Source: Silvanigrellaceae bacterium
GTDB lineage: Bacteria; Bdellovibrionota_B; Oligoflexia; Silvanigrellales; Silvanigrellaceae
DNA: 23,619 bases
Direction: 5' to 3'
Assembly: GCA_049423385.1 (NCBI GenBank)
Contig: JBMSQQ010000054.1
Location: 1-23,619, forward strand
Part shown: one piece after another, positions 1-8,545 of the stretch
How the letters are laid out: the number at the start of each line of letters is the position of its first letter
Numbering within the stretch: position 1 is the first letter of the stretch
Made by a program: the position numbers and the translations under genes
Notes under the pieces: generated by a model
Databases searched by the model: none
What the model saw: the letters and a program-made list of their open reading frames with translations, nothing else
Told to the model about the DNA's origin: nothing

Positions 1-442
1 CAGCCTGCAGCCAGGAGTGAGGGTTGTCGAGTTCCAAACCCCAACATACGAGCGCCTGATTTTGGCTTTCAATCAGAAGGTGTTGACCCAAAATCATTGG
101 GACACCGCCAGAGCTATCGAAGTGGCAAGGTTTGGTCAGCAAGAAGATGATGCCGTTGAGGCAAGCGCATCTGGATGGCAATCGATCGTCGAGTTTCCTG
201 AATTCAAGGTTCATCGTTGCACTGTGCAGCCGCAGACGGTTGCAGAAGTACCTCCATTAAAGCCGCATGAGCATTCCATGATCTTTGTCATCTCAGGTGA
301 AATAGAGATAAACTTTCGGCTTGGTGGTGAAACTGTGTCATTGTCAGCAGAGACGGCGGCGCTGTTGCCTGTTGCCACAGTACTCCTTGGGCCATCCATC
401 CGCTGCAAGAGTTCGAAGCCAGCCATCCTGTTGTTTGTTTGA
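1..442 (+). CDS. Partial (5'-truncated) cupin-fold protein resembling the C-terminal part of type I mannose-6-phosphate isomerase-like proteins
   Basis: Frame is open from position 2 (SLQPGVRVVEFQTPTYER), so the start lies upstream of the window. VVEFQTPTYER resembles the PMI-type 'EIQQxSDxTYR' segment. A later MIFVISGEIEI cupin strand motif follows. TGA at 440-442. Confidence 0.5.
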   Translation, partial: SLQPGVRVVEFQTPTYERLILAFNQKVLTQNHWDTARAIEVARFGQQEDDAVEASASGWQSIVEFPEFKVHRCTVQPQTVAEVPPLKPHEHSMIFVISGEIEINFRLGGETVSLSAETAALLPVATVLLGPSIRCKSSKPAILLFV

Positions 443-465
443 TTCTTGAATTCAAGGCGACAAAA

Positions 466-1494
466 ATGAATTTGGTTCAGCCGATCATTGCATTAGTTTT
501 TGTCCAATTGCTCTTCGGTGCCCTGCCGGTGGCTTCGAAGTTTATTCTGGCTTATGCGCATCCACTCTTTGTTGTGGTTTTGCGGAGTCTGTTTGCCGCG
601 CTATTCTTCTTTGTACTTCATCGTTTTTTTTCCACACCTTTGGAGCGCTCACGACAAGCCACCAACGAAGGTGATGTTCTGCACAAGACGGGTGAATTTT
701 CTCTGCTTGGTCAGCCCATGCCTTTCAATATTCACCTCCAGGTTGCACTGCTGTCGTTCTTTGGAATCACCTTCAACCAGATGGCTCTTTTTATTGCACT
801 TCCTCACACCACCGCTGCTGTGACGTCGGTGATTTCGCCTTCAATTGCGTTATTCACTCTTGTTTTCTCGGTTCTTTTGGGGCGCGAACGTTTTCAGCTG
901 ATGTCCTTCCTGGCGATCTTGATGGGGGCCTGTGGAGTGTTGGTGGTTCTGAATCCCTTCGCGTCTTCCGTTGCTGCCGGGGCGCGTCATGGTGAGGTTT
1001 GGGCAGACGTGTTGAATGTGATGAGTGCCGCGAGCTACGCATTTTACCTTGCACTGGTGGGCAGGTTGCCGACCGTGGTGGGTGCTTTTCGTTTCAGTCT
1101 GTTGCTTTTCTTCTATGGCTTTTTGATGAACCTGGTGGTCCTTGCTGTGTATTCGGGTTTGGTGAGGGTTGGTTGGATTTCTGCGCCAGCAACTTTGACG
1201 GTTCAGGGTACCCTGTCTGCGCTTCCTTCATCATTTTGGTTTGGTCTTGCTTTTCTGCTGATGGGTGCGACCGCACTCACCTATTTTCTTAACAACTGGG
1301 CGCTTCAACGGGTCAAGCCGAGCCTTGTCGGCGGTTTTGTATGCCTGCAAACGGTCTTCGGACTTTTTCTTTCCAAGCAATTGCTGAATGAGACCCTGAC
1401 AAACGCCATGGTGGTTGGATCTGTTCTCATCACGTCGGGCGTGTGTGTTCTTGCCTTTCAACACCTGAGAAAAAAAAGTCTCGGTGCTTGTTGA
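466..1494 (+). CDS. DMT/EamA family transporter
   Basis: About 10 hydrophobic helices in two EamA-like halves (P..VVVLRSLFAA; FLNNWALQRVKPS; LLNETLT). ATG at 466 is preferred over TTG at 439. Confidence 0.9.
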   Translation: MNLVQPIIALVFVQLLFGALPVASKFILAYAHPLFVVVLRSLFAALFFFVLHRFFSTPLERSRQATNEGDVLHKTGEFSLLGQPMPFNIHLQVALLSFFGITFNQMALFIALPHTTAAVTSVISPSIALFTLVFSVLLGRERFQLMSFLAILMGACGVLVVLNPFASSVAAGARHGEVWADVLNVMSAASYAFYLALVGRLPTVVGAFRFSLLLFFYGFLMNLVVLAVYSGLVRVGWISAPATLTVQGTLSALPSSFWFGLAFLLMGATALTYFLNNWALQRVKPSLVGGFVCLQTVFGLFLSKQLLNETLTNAMVVGSVLITSGVCVLAFQHLRKKSLGAC

Positions 1495-1511
1495 AGCACC
1501 GAGACTTTTTT
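1472..1511. terminator. Bidirectional intrinsic terminator between the convergent DMT and RRM genes
   Basis: Perfect inverted repeat AAAAAAGTCTCGGTGCTT-gttg-AAGCACCGAGACTTTTTT (18-nt arms, 4-nt loop), giving a U-tract on both strands. Confidence 0.9.
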
Positions 1512-1590
1512 GATTCATCGGGTCGGCTCTTTTCGCACTGCAACAAATGAATCGTTCAGTGCTTCCAAGAATCGGTTCGACAAGGGCAGA

Positions 1591-1908
1591 TCAATAACGT
1601 CCGCCGCCGCCGTATCCGCGTCCGCCGCCACCGAAGCCACGGCCACCTTGGCGAGGCTCTTGAGGACGAGCTTCGTTCACTGTGAGCTGACGGCCATCAA
1701 CCTGTTGGCCGTTCAGTTGAGCGATGCTCTGTTGAGCGGCTTCAGCGGATGCCATTTCAACAAAAGCGAAACCTTTCGAACGGCCTGTTTCGCGGTCAGT
1801 CACGATGCGCGTCGAAACAACTTCGCCGAATTGCGAAAAAAGCGAAGCGAGGCTTTCTTCAGTTGAGTTATAAGACAGGTTTCCGACGTACAATTTAGCA
1901 TTAGCCAT
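1591..1908 (-). CDS. RRM (RNP-1) RNA-binding protein with Gly/Arg-rich tail
   Basis: RNP2 LYVGNL, RNP1 KGFAFVEM, C-terminal LTVNEARP and tail GGRGFGGGGRGYGGGGRY. ATG at 1908 with GGAG upstream. Confidence 0.96.
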   Translation of the reverse strand: MANAKLYVGNLSYNSTEESLASLFSQFGEVVSTRIVTDRETGRSKGFAFVEMASAEAAQQSIAQLNGQQVDGRQLTVNEARPQEPRQGGRGFGGGGRGYGGGGRY

Positions 1909-2009
1909 GGGATCTCCAGAAAATAAAAACCACGGCACATTAACCAAGAGCAACTAACTCGCTGACCAGCTGTGGATTTTTCCCAAGACGATAGATAGCA
2001 CAACCGGAT

Positions 2010-2070
2010 CAAAAAAATAAACGATTTTATTTTTATTTTTAATCAGGGTCGTATTGTTAGAAGTTTAATC
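2010..2070 (-). promoter_or_regulatory. A/T-tract region, probable promoter/UP-element region of the RRM gene
   Basis: Strongly AT-rich stretch with repeated A/T tracts about 100-160 nt upstream of the RRM start. No clean -35/-10 pair resolved. Confidence 0.35.
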
Positions 2071-2160
2071 ATTACGGGGCTTTGTTTGACGGGCGACTCC
2101 ACGGGAGCATCTTTCCATTCTTCCCGATCGGTCAATTTCCTCAATACGGCGAGATCCACC

Positions 2161-2302
2161 GCATTGGTTTCATCATCAATGCATCAGCGCAATTGTATTC
2201 GACGGAACCTGGTCGGGTCAATAACTTCAGAGGGTTAGCCCAAACAGCTTGAACCCGGGATGGCAATTGCTTCGGCGGCTTGCTGCGGAAACCAACACAT
2301 GC
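2161..2302. ncRNA. Candidate structured RNA or imperfect inverted-repeat element (unassigned)
   Basis: Nested complementary segments TTGGTTTC/GAAACCAA, CATCAA/TTGCTG, GCAATTGT/GCAATTGC, CCTGG/CCGGG and TAAC/GTTA form one long irregular hairpin in an otherwise non-coding gap. Confidence 0.35.
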
Positions 2303-2304
2303 AT

Positions 2305-3048
2305 CTATAAAACGAGCCCCGCCAGAAAATCCTTCAAACGTTGACTTTTTGGGGTTGAAAGCAACGTTGCGGTTTCGCCTGATTCGACGATTTTCCCGGC
2401 ATCGAAAAAATGGCAAAACTTTGAGACCTGGCGTGCGAACGTCATCTCGTGGGTGACGACAATCATGGTCATGCCCGACTGGGCAATGTCTTTGAGAAGC
2501 ATCAAGACATCGGCGACAAGTTCGGGGTCGAGTGCACTTGTCGGCTCATCACATAAAAGAATTTCCGGATTCACAGCGAGCGCCCGCGCGATGGCCACCC
2601 GTTGCTGCTGGCCGCCCGACAGCATCTTTGGGTACTTTTGAATGTGTGCAGCAAGACCGACCCGTTCGAGCAACTCCTTCGCACGCTTTTGCGCATCCGT
2701 CTTGTTGAGGCCGCATCTCAGGTGAGGCACAAGAGCCACATTTTCAAGGGCATTGAGGTGCGGAAAAAGTTCAAAACGCTGAAAGATCATCGCGGTTTTG
2801 CGTCTAATCAGATGGGCCGAATTCGGATCTTTGTATTGTTCACCAAAGATCCGAATGGTTCCGCGCGTGATGGTTTCGAGTCCGTTGATGGTTCGCAAGC
2901 AGGTGCTTTTTCCCGAGCCTGAAGGTCCAATCAGGCACGTCACTTCACCGGGCTGAATACTCAGATTCACGTCCTGCAATGCGTGTGTGACGTGCGAGCT
3001 CGTTCGGAAAACCTTTTCGACCTGGATGAGTTCAACCGCTGGAGTCAT
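2305..3048 (-). CDS. Polar amino-acid ABC transporter ATP-binding protein (GlnQ-like)
   Basis: Walker A GPSGSGKST, Q-loop MIFQRFELFPH, signature LSGGQQQRVAIARAL, Walker B/D-loop LLCDEPTSALDPE, H-loop VTHEM. Confidence 0.97.
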   Translation of the reverse strand: MTPAVELIQVEKVFRTSSHVTHALQDVNLSIQPGEVTCLIGPSGSGKSTCLRTINGLETITRGTIRIFGEQYKDPNSAHLIRRKTAMIFQRFELFPHLNALENVALVPHLRCGLNKTDAQKRAKELLERVGLAAHIQKYPKMLSGGQQQRVAIARALAVNPEILLCDEPTSALDPELVADVLMLLKDIAQSGMTMIVVTHEMTFARQVSKFCHFFDAGKIVESGETATLLSTPKSQRLKDFLAGLVL

Positions 3049-3066
3049 TGGTTTGTTTTCCTTTCC

Positions 3067-3852
3067 CTAAGCGGTTTTCAAGTCGCCGGAAAAGCGCAAT
3101 TCGATGCGTCTTCCCAGCTGCGAGAGCAGTGTGTTGAGGAAAAAATACACGACCGCCACCAGAAACCACACTTCAAAACTTTTGAAACTGATGGCCACCA
3201 TGTTGGATGCCGACTTGGTGAGCTCAACAATCGAGATGACGCTGACAAGACTGCTGTCCTTCACGAGACTCACGTACTGCCCGACCAGCGATGGCATGAT
3301 GCGGCGCATTGCCAGTGGAGCCACAATGTAACGTGCTGTTTGAAATCGGGTTAGACCCAGACTCAGGGCTGCATCCTGTGGCCCCTTGTCAAGGTTCACA
3401 AGAGTGCCGCGCACCAGTTCAGCAATGTATGCCCCACAGAAAAGGCTCAACGTGGCAACGCCGGCCTGTTCGGCTGACATCTGAAAGGCTGAGGCGACAA
3501 CGAAATACATGACGTAGAGTTGCACCAGCACGGGAGTATTGCGGAAGATTTCAACAAAGAGATGAGCCGTGTTGCGTGCGAATGGTGTGCCGGCATGAAG
3601 AATGATGCCAACGAACAAACCCGTGAGAGTGCCAAAGAGAATCGAAAGAGCACTCACCCACAATGTACCCCAAAGGCCATGCAGGAGCAGACCCGGGGCG
3701 TTGGTTTCCGACACCCAAAAGTATTCCTTCAGCGAGATGAAATCCCATTCATAATCCAACGACCTGAAGCCGCTGAAAAGCGAGATCGCGATGAGGCTCA
3801 GCACAAGAGCCGTGAAGAGCGTCCAAAGAACCGAGCGCGGTTGTTCCAGCAT
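3067..3852 (-). CDS. Polar amino-acid ABC transporter permease (GlnP/HisM-like)
   Basis: FRNTPVLVQL, AYIAELVRG, EAA-like DAALSLGL and LVKDSSLVSVI. ATG at 3852 with GGAG upstream. Confidence 0.95.
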   Translation of the reverse strand: MLEQPRSVLWTLFTALVLSLIAISLFSGFRSLDYEWDFISLKEYFWVSETNAPGLLLHGLWGTLWVSALSILFGTLTGLFVGIILHAGTPFARNTAHLFVEIFRNTPVLVQLYVMYFVVASAFQMSAEQAGVATLSLFCGAYIAELVRGTLVNLDKGPQDAALSLGLTRFQTARYIVAPLAMRRIMPSLVGQYVSLVKDSSLVSVISIVELTKSASNMVAISFKSFEVWFLVAVVYFFLNTLLSQLGRRIELRFSGDLKTA

Positions 3853-4005
3853 CAGGCCATTGTCTCCGTGAGTCGAGCAGATCTGCACCAAAGATACACA
3901 CCCAGCTCTAGGAATCTTGTTCATTCGAATTTGAGTGGTAAAGTTTCGCATGATTCTTTTGGGTTGAAAAGTATTTTGGGCCAAGGTTGGCCTTGGGGAG
4001 TCACC

Positions 4006-4836
4006 ATGGTGTTGCAGGGTCGCTCGCGTCGGTTTTTTTTGTCCTCCATATTCACCGCTGTTTTGGGTGTTTGCGTTCAATCAAATCGTGCTCTCGCTGC
4101 CGAGACGCTTGTTGATGTGAAAACCAGAAAAGAGCTGCGCGTTGGCTTGGATCCTGGGTTTATTCCTTTTGAGATGAAGAATCCCAAGGGCGAGATGATC
4201 GGTTTCGACATCGACATGATCCAGGGCTTCGCAGCATCGTTGGGTGCAAAGGCGACGTTTGTCGACACCCGTTGGGAAGGGATTATTCCTGCGCTGATGG
4301 CAAAAAAGTTCGATCTCATTGTGTCGGGAATGACCATCACCGAGGAGCGCAAAAAGACGGTGCTGTTTTCTGCTCCCTACTATCGGGCTGGTCTTCTTGC
4401 GCTGGTTTCCGGCAAGCGCAAGGAAACAGTCCGCAAAGCGGGCGACCTCAATACCAAAGGCATCAACATTGCGGTCAAGGTGGGAACAACGGCCGATCAG
4501 TTTGCCGCCAAAACATATCCGAAAGCGACCATCCGCAAGTTGGATTCAGAGTCCGATTGCGCGAATGCAGTGTCGCTTGGAAAAGTCGATGCCTTCATTT
4601 ACGACAAACCTTATCTGGAACTTTTTGCAGCCAAAAATACTCAAAAAGTCTTTCTTTTGCCCGACAATCTGACCGTTGAGGATTTCGGTGTTGCAGCCCG
4701 CAAAGCTGATTCAACCCTGATTGCCGCTTTCAACGAATATTTGACGAGCTGGAAGAAAAACGGAGGCTATGATCGAAGCATCCGAACCCATTTTGTGGAA
4801 ATGCCCTGGGCATCATCAATGCCGCTCTTCAAGTGA
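4006..4836 (+). CDS. Amino-acid ABC transporter substrate-binding protein (SBP family 3)
   Basis: Signal peptide ending ALA-A. Motifs LRVGLDPGFIPFE, GFDID, WEGIIPAL..KKFDLIVSGMTITEER and FSAPY. GGGGAG Shine-Dalgarno before ATG 4006. Confidence 0.95.
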   Translation: MVLQGRSRRFFLSSIFTAVLGVCVQSNRALAAETLVDVKTRKELRVGLDPGFIPFEMKNPKGEMIGFDIDMIQGFAASLGAKATFVDTRWEGIIPALMAKKFDLIVSGMTITEERKKTVLFSAPYYRAGLLALVSGKRKETVRKAGDLNTKGINIAVKVGTTADQFAAKTYPKATIRKLDSESDCANAVSLGKVDAFIYDKPYLELFAAKNTQKVFLLPDNLTVEDFGVAARKADSTLIAAFNEYLTSWKKNGGYDRSIRTHFVEMPWASSMPLFK

Positions 4837-4843
4837 GGACAGC

Positions 4844-5509
4844 ATGGAACACCAGATCAACGAGCTGTTGCAGTCTGTGGCCCACTCTCCTTTTTTGGTT
4901 TTTTCACTACTCTTCCTCGTAATGTATGCGAGCAGTTTTGGTTTGCCGCTGCCGGAAGAAGTCACGCTCCTCACGCTGGGTTTTTTGGTGTGGGTTGGCA
5001 ACAACCCTGATCCCGAGACTGGCCTGACCGCGGCCAACGGCATCAATATTCATATGGCCGCATGGTTGGCATTTGTAGCCGTGTTGTCGAGTGATTTTCT
5101 GGTTTACGAACTCGGGCACAGATTTGGCAACAGGATACTTTCGTTGCCGGTTCTCAATAAACTTGCCCAACCGGCATTGCTGGACAAGGTGAGGACCTGG
5201 ATGGACCGCTGGGGGTTTTGGGCAGCAGGAGTGTTCCGGTTTACGCCTGGTATCCGTTTTCCTGGTCACTTGAGCTGCGGGATGCTTGGCGTATCGAGAA
5301 TAAAGTTTTGCCTGGTTGATGGATTCGCAGCTCTCATCAGCGTTCCGACGCAAGTCTATCTGGTTGGTCATTATGGTCGAGAAATAATTGACCTCATCAA
5401 GAAATATCAACCTTGGGCAATTGCCATTTTGGTTCTTGTCGTTCTGATTCATTATCGTAAAGAAATTTTCAGGCGAAAAACATCCTCTGGGAAAATCACC
5501 ACTTTTTGA
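4844..5509 (+). CDS. DedA (SNARE-associated) family membrane protein
   Basis: GLPLPEE, SDFLVYELG and FRFTPGIR motifs. ATG at 4844 with GAGG, 7 nt after the SBP stop. Confidence 0.92.
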   Translation: MEHQINELLQSVAHSPFLVFSLLFLVMYASSFGLPLPEEVTLLTLGFLVWVGNNPDPETGLTAANGINIHMAAWLAFVAVLSSDFLVYELGHRFGNRILSLPVLNKLAQPALLDKVRTWMDRWGFWAAGVFRFTPGIRFPGHLSCGMLGVSRIKFCLVDGFAALISVPTQVYLVGHYGREIIDLIKKYQPWAIAILVLVVLIHYRKEIFRRKTSSGKITTF

Positions 5510-5636
5510 AATGTGTTTGCCGATGAATTTCAACCCAGACAGGAATCTAGCCTGAATTGTAAGTTGTAATTATCCAATTTCACGGTTATTTTTGGCGAGA
5601 TTTATTTTATTGCTTCAAAGTGCCGATCAGCACTGC

Positions 5637-7127
5637 ATGTGGTGGCATCGTTTTAAATTTCTGTTGGTTTTTGCGCTTGTCGCCTGTGGCGGAGCGACAA
5701 GCACTTCGTCGAGCTGTCTTCAGTCCGTTTCCACGACAAGCAATGGTCAGTCTTCACAGTTTGTGCCTGCAGGGGGATACATAGGTTTCGCGGATAGAGG
5801 CTGTACCGCGAGTTTCTCACTGGTTTCCTCTGACCTGAATTCCATCAAGGTGGATGCATACACCGCCAGTCATTGCAGCCGTGACGACAAGCCCGAAAAT
5901 GAGAAAGTCACAGTTTCGGTGCACCTGCCGGCAACAAAAAACACGGCTGCGGGTTATCTCAAGAACCTGGCCGCGAGGGATGAGTTTTTTGAGCGTCGTG
6001 CGGCCTTTGTTGATGATGTTCGCAAACTCAACAACAATCGTGCAGCATTTATCGCGGAGTCTATTTCCAAAATCCCATCGTTCGGCACCTGGTGGTCATT
6101 GACCCGCCTGGATTCAACACCCGCAACAGAGCAGGAAAAACGCAATCTTTGCTTGCTGAAACTCAAAAGCGATGAATCGCTTTCACCAAACACCTATCGC
6201 CATTGCTGGAGTGTTTTCGACACTGGATTTCGAAGCCTCGTGCTGCTCAAATCGGATATTGGCGAATCGGCATTCACGAGACTTCGTGTCCATCTCAATC
6301 AAAAATCGGTTGAACAGAAAAATTTTCTGGACAGCAATCCCCAGTTGCGCCAGCAACATGATCTCTGGACTCGCCAAACACAAGCACGGATGGGTGCATT
6401 CCGACTCCTGAATTTCGTAAAGCTTGCAGCCTTTTTGAACTTCGAGATGTGCGGGAAATATATTCCAGCCAGTTCAGCCGACAAATCGGCCTGCACCGTG
6501 AGGCAAAACCTTGTGGAGTTGGCTGCAAAGCATCTGGTCGAAGTCGATTATGATGGAAAGAAGAAAAACGTTTTGGAGAAGGCCAGGGAGCTTGGCTTGG
6601 GCATCGACATGCCGGTGCCAGTTGCTGAATACTATTCACCCTTTGAAATTACAGAATTTCAGGATGACATGGAGTGGCGTGCCGACACTTTCTTTATTGA
6701 AAAATTCAACCAGGACATCACGTCCCTTGCGCAGCTCCTTCAAGTGCAAAACAGTCAATTGTCGCAATTTCCTGCGAGCTTTTTCGTGACTTCAAACATT
6801 CGCTCAGCGAATTCAAATGCGGTTGAGTTCGGCTCTGTTCCATTCAGTTCAATCTCGGAGCAGAACAAGCCTGTCGATGCGGTTGGCCTCAGTGAAAATG
6901 CGGGAATAATGAAGCTCTATTTCAAAAACCTTATCAGTCCATTGAAGTTCGCAAAGACCGACAGCGGATCGATGATCACCGTTGCTGGAATTGTCCCCCT
7001 GTTGGCGCTCAACACAGTCAATGACGAACCCACATCCGGAGGAGCTTCGATACTCGCACTTCCAGAAGCCGAACCCGAAACCGGAACCACCAATGGAAAA
7101 TACGCGAGCAGTTGCAGCATTCGTTGA
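5637..7127 (+). CDS. Predicted lipoprotein; probable highly divergent chymotrypsin-clan (S1) serine protease
   Basis: Lipobox LVAC after a hydrophobic stretch, followed by a Ser/Thr linker. GCTASF...YTASHC near the N-terminus and KTDSGS near the C-terminus. The ORF is solid; the function is inferred. Confidence 0.55.
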   Translation: MWWHRFKFLLVFALVACGGATSTSSSCLQSVSTTSNGQSSQFVPAGGYIGFADRGCTASFSLVSSDLNSIKVDAYTASHCSRDDKPENEKVTVSVHLPATKNTAAGYLKNLAARDEFFERRAAFVDDVRKLNNNRAAFIAESISKIPSFGTWWSLTRLDSTPATEQEKRNLCLLKLKSDESLSPNTYRHCWSVFDTGFRSLVLLKSDIGESAFTRLRVHLNQKSVEQKNFLDSNPQLRQQHDLWTRQTQARMGAFRLLNFVKLAAFLNFEMCGKYIPASSADKSACTVRQNLVELAAKHLVEVDYDGKKKNVLEKARELGLGIDMPVPVAEYYSPFEITEFQDDMEWRADTFFIEKFNQDITSLAQLLQVQNSQLSQFPASFFVTSNIRSANSNAVEFGSVPFSSISEQNKPVDAVGLSENAGIMKLYFKNLISPLKFAKTDSGSMITVAGIVPLLALNTVNDEPTSGGASILALPEAEPETGTTNGKYASSCSIR

Positions 7128-7152
7128 GCCGCGGCCCTCTTGGGGACAGGTC

Positions 7153-7638
7153 TTAAAATTTGAAGCCAATTCCAAGTGCAGGATAGGCGGTTCTAGAATT
7201 GATTTTGTAGTCTGCCGTGACGTGAAACAGCATCGTTGCTCCTGAATAAAGCATGCCTGCTCCAACGAATGGGCTTCCTGCGGAAAGGCCGCTGCCCGAG
7301 CTTCCCGTTCCAAGGCCAAAAGACATGCCGCCTTCGAGAAATCCTTTCCAGGGTCCGGCGCCCGGAAACCACTTCACGTCGAAGTCTCCCCATGTCGCAA
7401 CGTCTGTTCCATCGGTGTTGCTTTTGCCATACAGACCACCGATACCCAACTCGAATCCAAGCGAGCCTGCCGACTGGTAGAGGAAATTCAAACCCACATT
7501 TGAACCAGCTGGATTGTTGAATCCCAGCAGCATTCCCCACTGTCCGGCGTGTGCACTGTGCGACGGCAAAATCGTCGAACCCAGAGCAGTGAAGCATGCG
7601 ACTGTTTTAATGAGAAATTCACCATTGAAATTGGACAT
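7153..7638 (-). CDS. Small outer-membrane beta-barrel protein
   Basis: Signal peptide ending AHA-G, Gly/aromatic-rich alternating strands, terminal LGIGFKF BAM-type signal. Confidence 0.75.
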   Translation of the reverse strand: MSNFNGEFLIKTVACFTALGSTILPSHSAHAGQWGMLLGFNNPAGSNVGLNFLYQSAGSLGFELGIGGLYGKSNTDGTDVATWGDFDVKWFPGAGPWKGFLEGGMSFGLGTGSSGSGLSAGSPFVGAGMLYSGATMLFHVTADYKINSRTAYPALGIGFKF

Positions 7639-7659
7639 GATCTTTGGCTTCCCTTCGTT

Positions 7660-8445
7660 TCAACTTGCTTTCAGATTTTGCTGTTGTTCCCTGAAGACGG
7701 CCATCACGTTCAAGAACGACTCGGGGAGCCGTTTGAGTGTTTCCACTTTCAAGTTGTCGGGCACACCAAAAAAGGCTTCGGCAACCGCTCCTGCAATTGC
7801 GGCTGTCGTGTCGGAATCACCGCCCAGGGAAACTGCATTGCGGATGGCGTCTTCCGTTGTGTTGGCCTCGAAGACTGAAAGAAACGCTTGTGGAATGACA
7901 ACCGGCGCGCTCGAATCGAATTCAACGCCGGGTCTGATTTCGTTCAATGTTTTGCCAAAATCATATCCATAAGTATCAGCAAGGACTTGTTTGAGCTGTT
8001 CTATCTGGAGTCCTGTGCGTCCAAGGTAAATGGCATGTGCAACAGCCCGCGCTGCCTTGATTGCTTCCGGATGCGCATGGGTTGCGACTGCAGATTTTTC
8101 TGCTTCCGAGAGGGTGAGAGGAAGCGAATCGAATGCCCATCCGATGGGGCTCACGCGAGCCGCGGGACCAACGCCGAGGCTATTGTAGGGTTCATCTCCA
8201 CCCGTGTAGAGCCAAAATTTGAAATTGCTTCCGAATCCACCTGGTACATCGATGTTATCTTTTGCAAATTTGCGGATGTTGAACTGATAGCCTTGTGCGT
8301 TGTTTATTGAATGCGCAATGGCAATGGTCAGGACGGTTTCGTCCGTGTATCGCGACAGTGGACTGAACAGTTCAAACGTTGTGTTCTTGATTGGATCGCG
8401 TTCGTAAACGGACCCGATGATATCCCCGAGCAATGCGCCAATCAT
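7660..8445 (-). CDS. ADP-ribosylglycohydrolase (DraG/ARH family)
   Basis: MIGALLGDIIGSVYE, YTDET, THAHP and AVSLGGDSDTTAAIAGAVAEA. GAGG before ATG 8445. Confidence 0.92.
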   Translation of the reverse strand: MIGALLGDIIGSVYERDPIKNTTFELFSPLSRYTDETVLTIAIAHSINNAQGYQFNIRKFAKDNIDVPGGFGSNFKFWLYTGGDEPYNSLGVGPAARVSPIGWAFDSLPLTLSEAEKSAVATHAHPEAIKAARAVAHAIYLGRTGLQIEQLKQVLADTYGYDFGKTLNEIRPGVEFDSSAPVVIPQAFLSVFEANTTEDAIRNAVSLGGDSDTTAAIAGAVAEAFFGVPDNLKVETLKRLPESFLNVMAVFREQQQNLKAS

Positions 8446-8545
8446 GTGGTCTACCTCACAAGCGAAAGGTATGGCCCAATGGGGCCCATGACTGGATGTT
8501 AAGCAGACTTTTGCTCGGCAGTGAGGGCAGGTATTGCAGCGGTTT

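Noticed and set aside
2161..2302. Assigning the hairpin as SRP RNA, tRNA or a known riboswitch
   Set aside because: No SRP helix-8 motif, no cloverleaf or T-loop, and no aptamer consensus I recognise. Kept only as an unassigned structure.
3520..4080. Apparent long antisense overlap of the extended permease (to 4080) and SBP (from 3520) ORFs
   Set aside because: These are ORF-caller extensions. Shine-Dalgarno-supported starts at 3852 (-) and 4006 (+) remove the overlap and match the family N-termini.
5515..5630. GCCGATGA and GCCGATCA as sigma-28 -10 boxes upstream of the lipoprotein
   Set aside because: No matching TAAA-type -35 element at the expected spacing, and the second copy is too close to the start codon.
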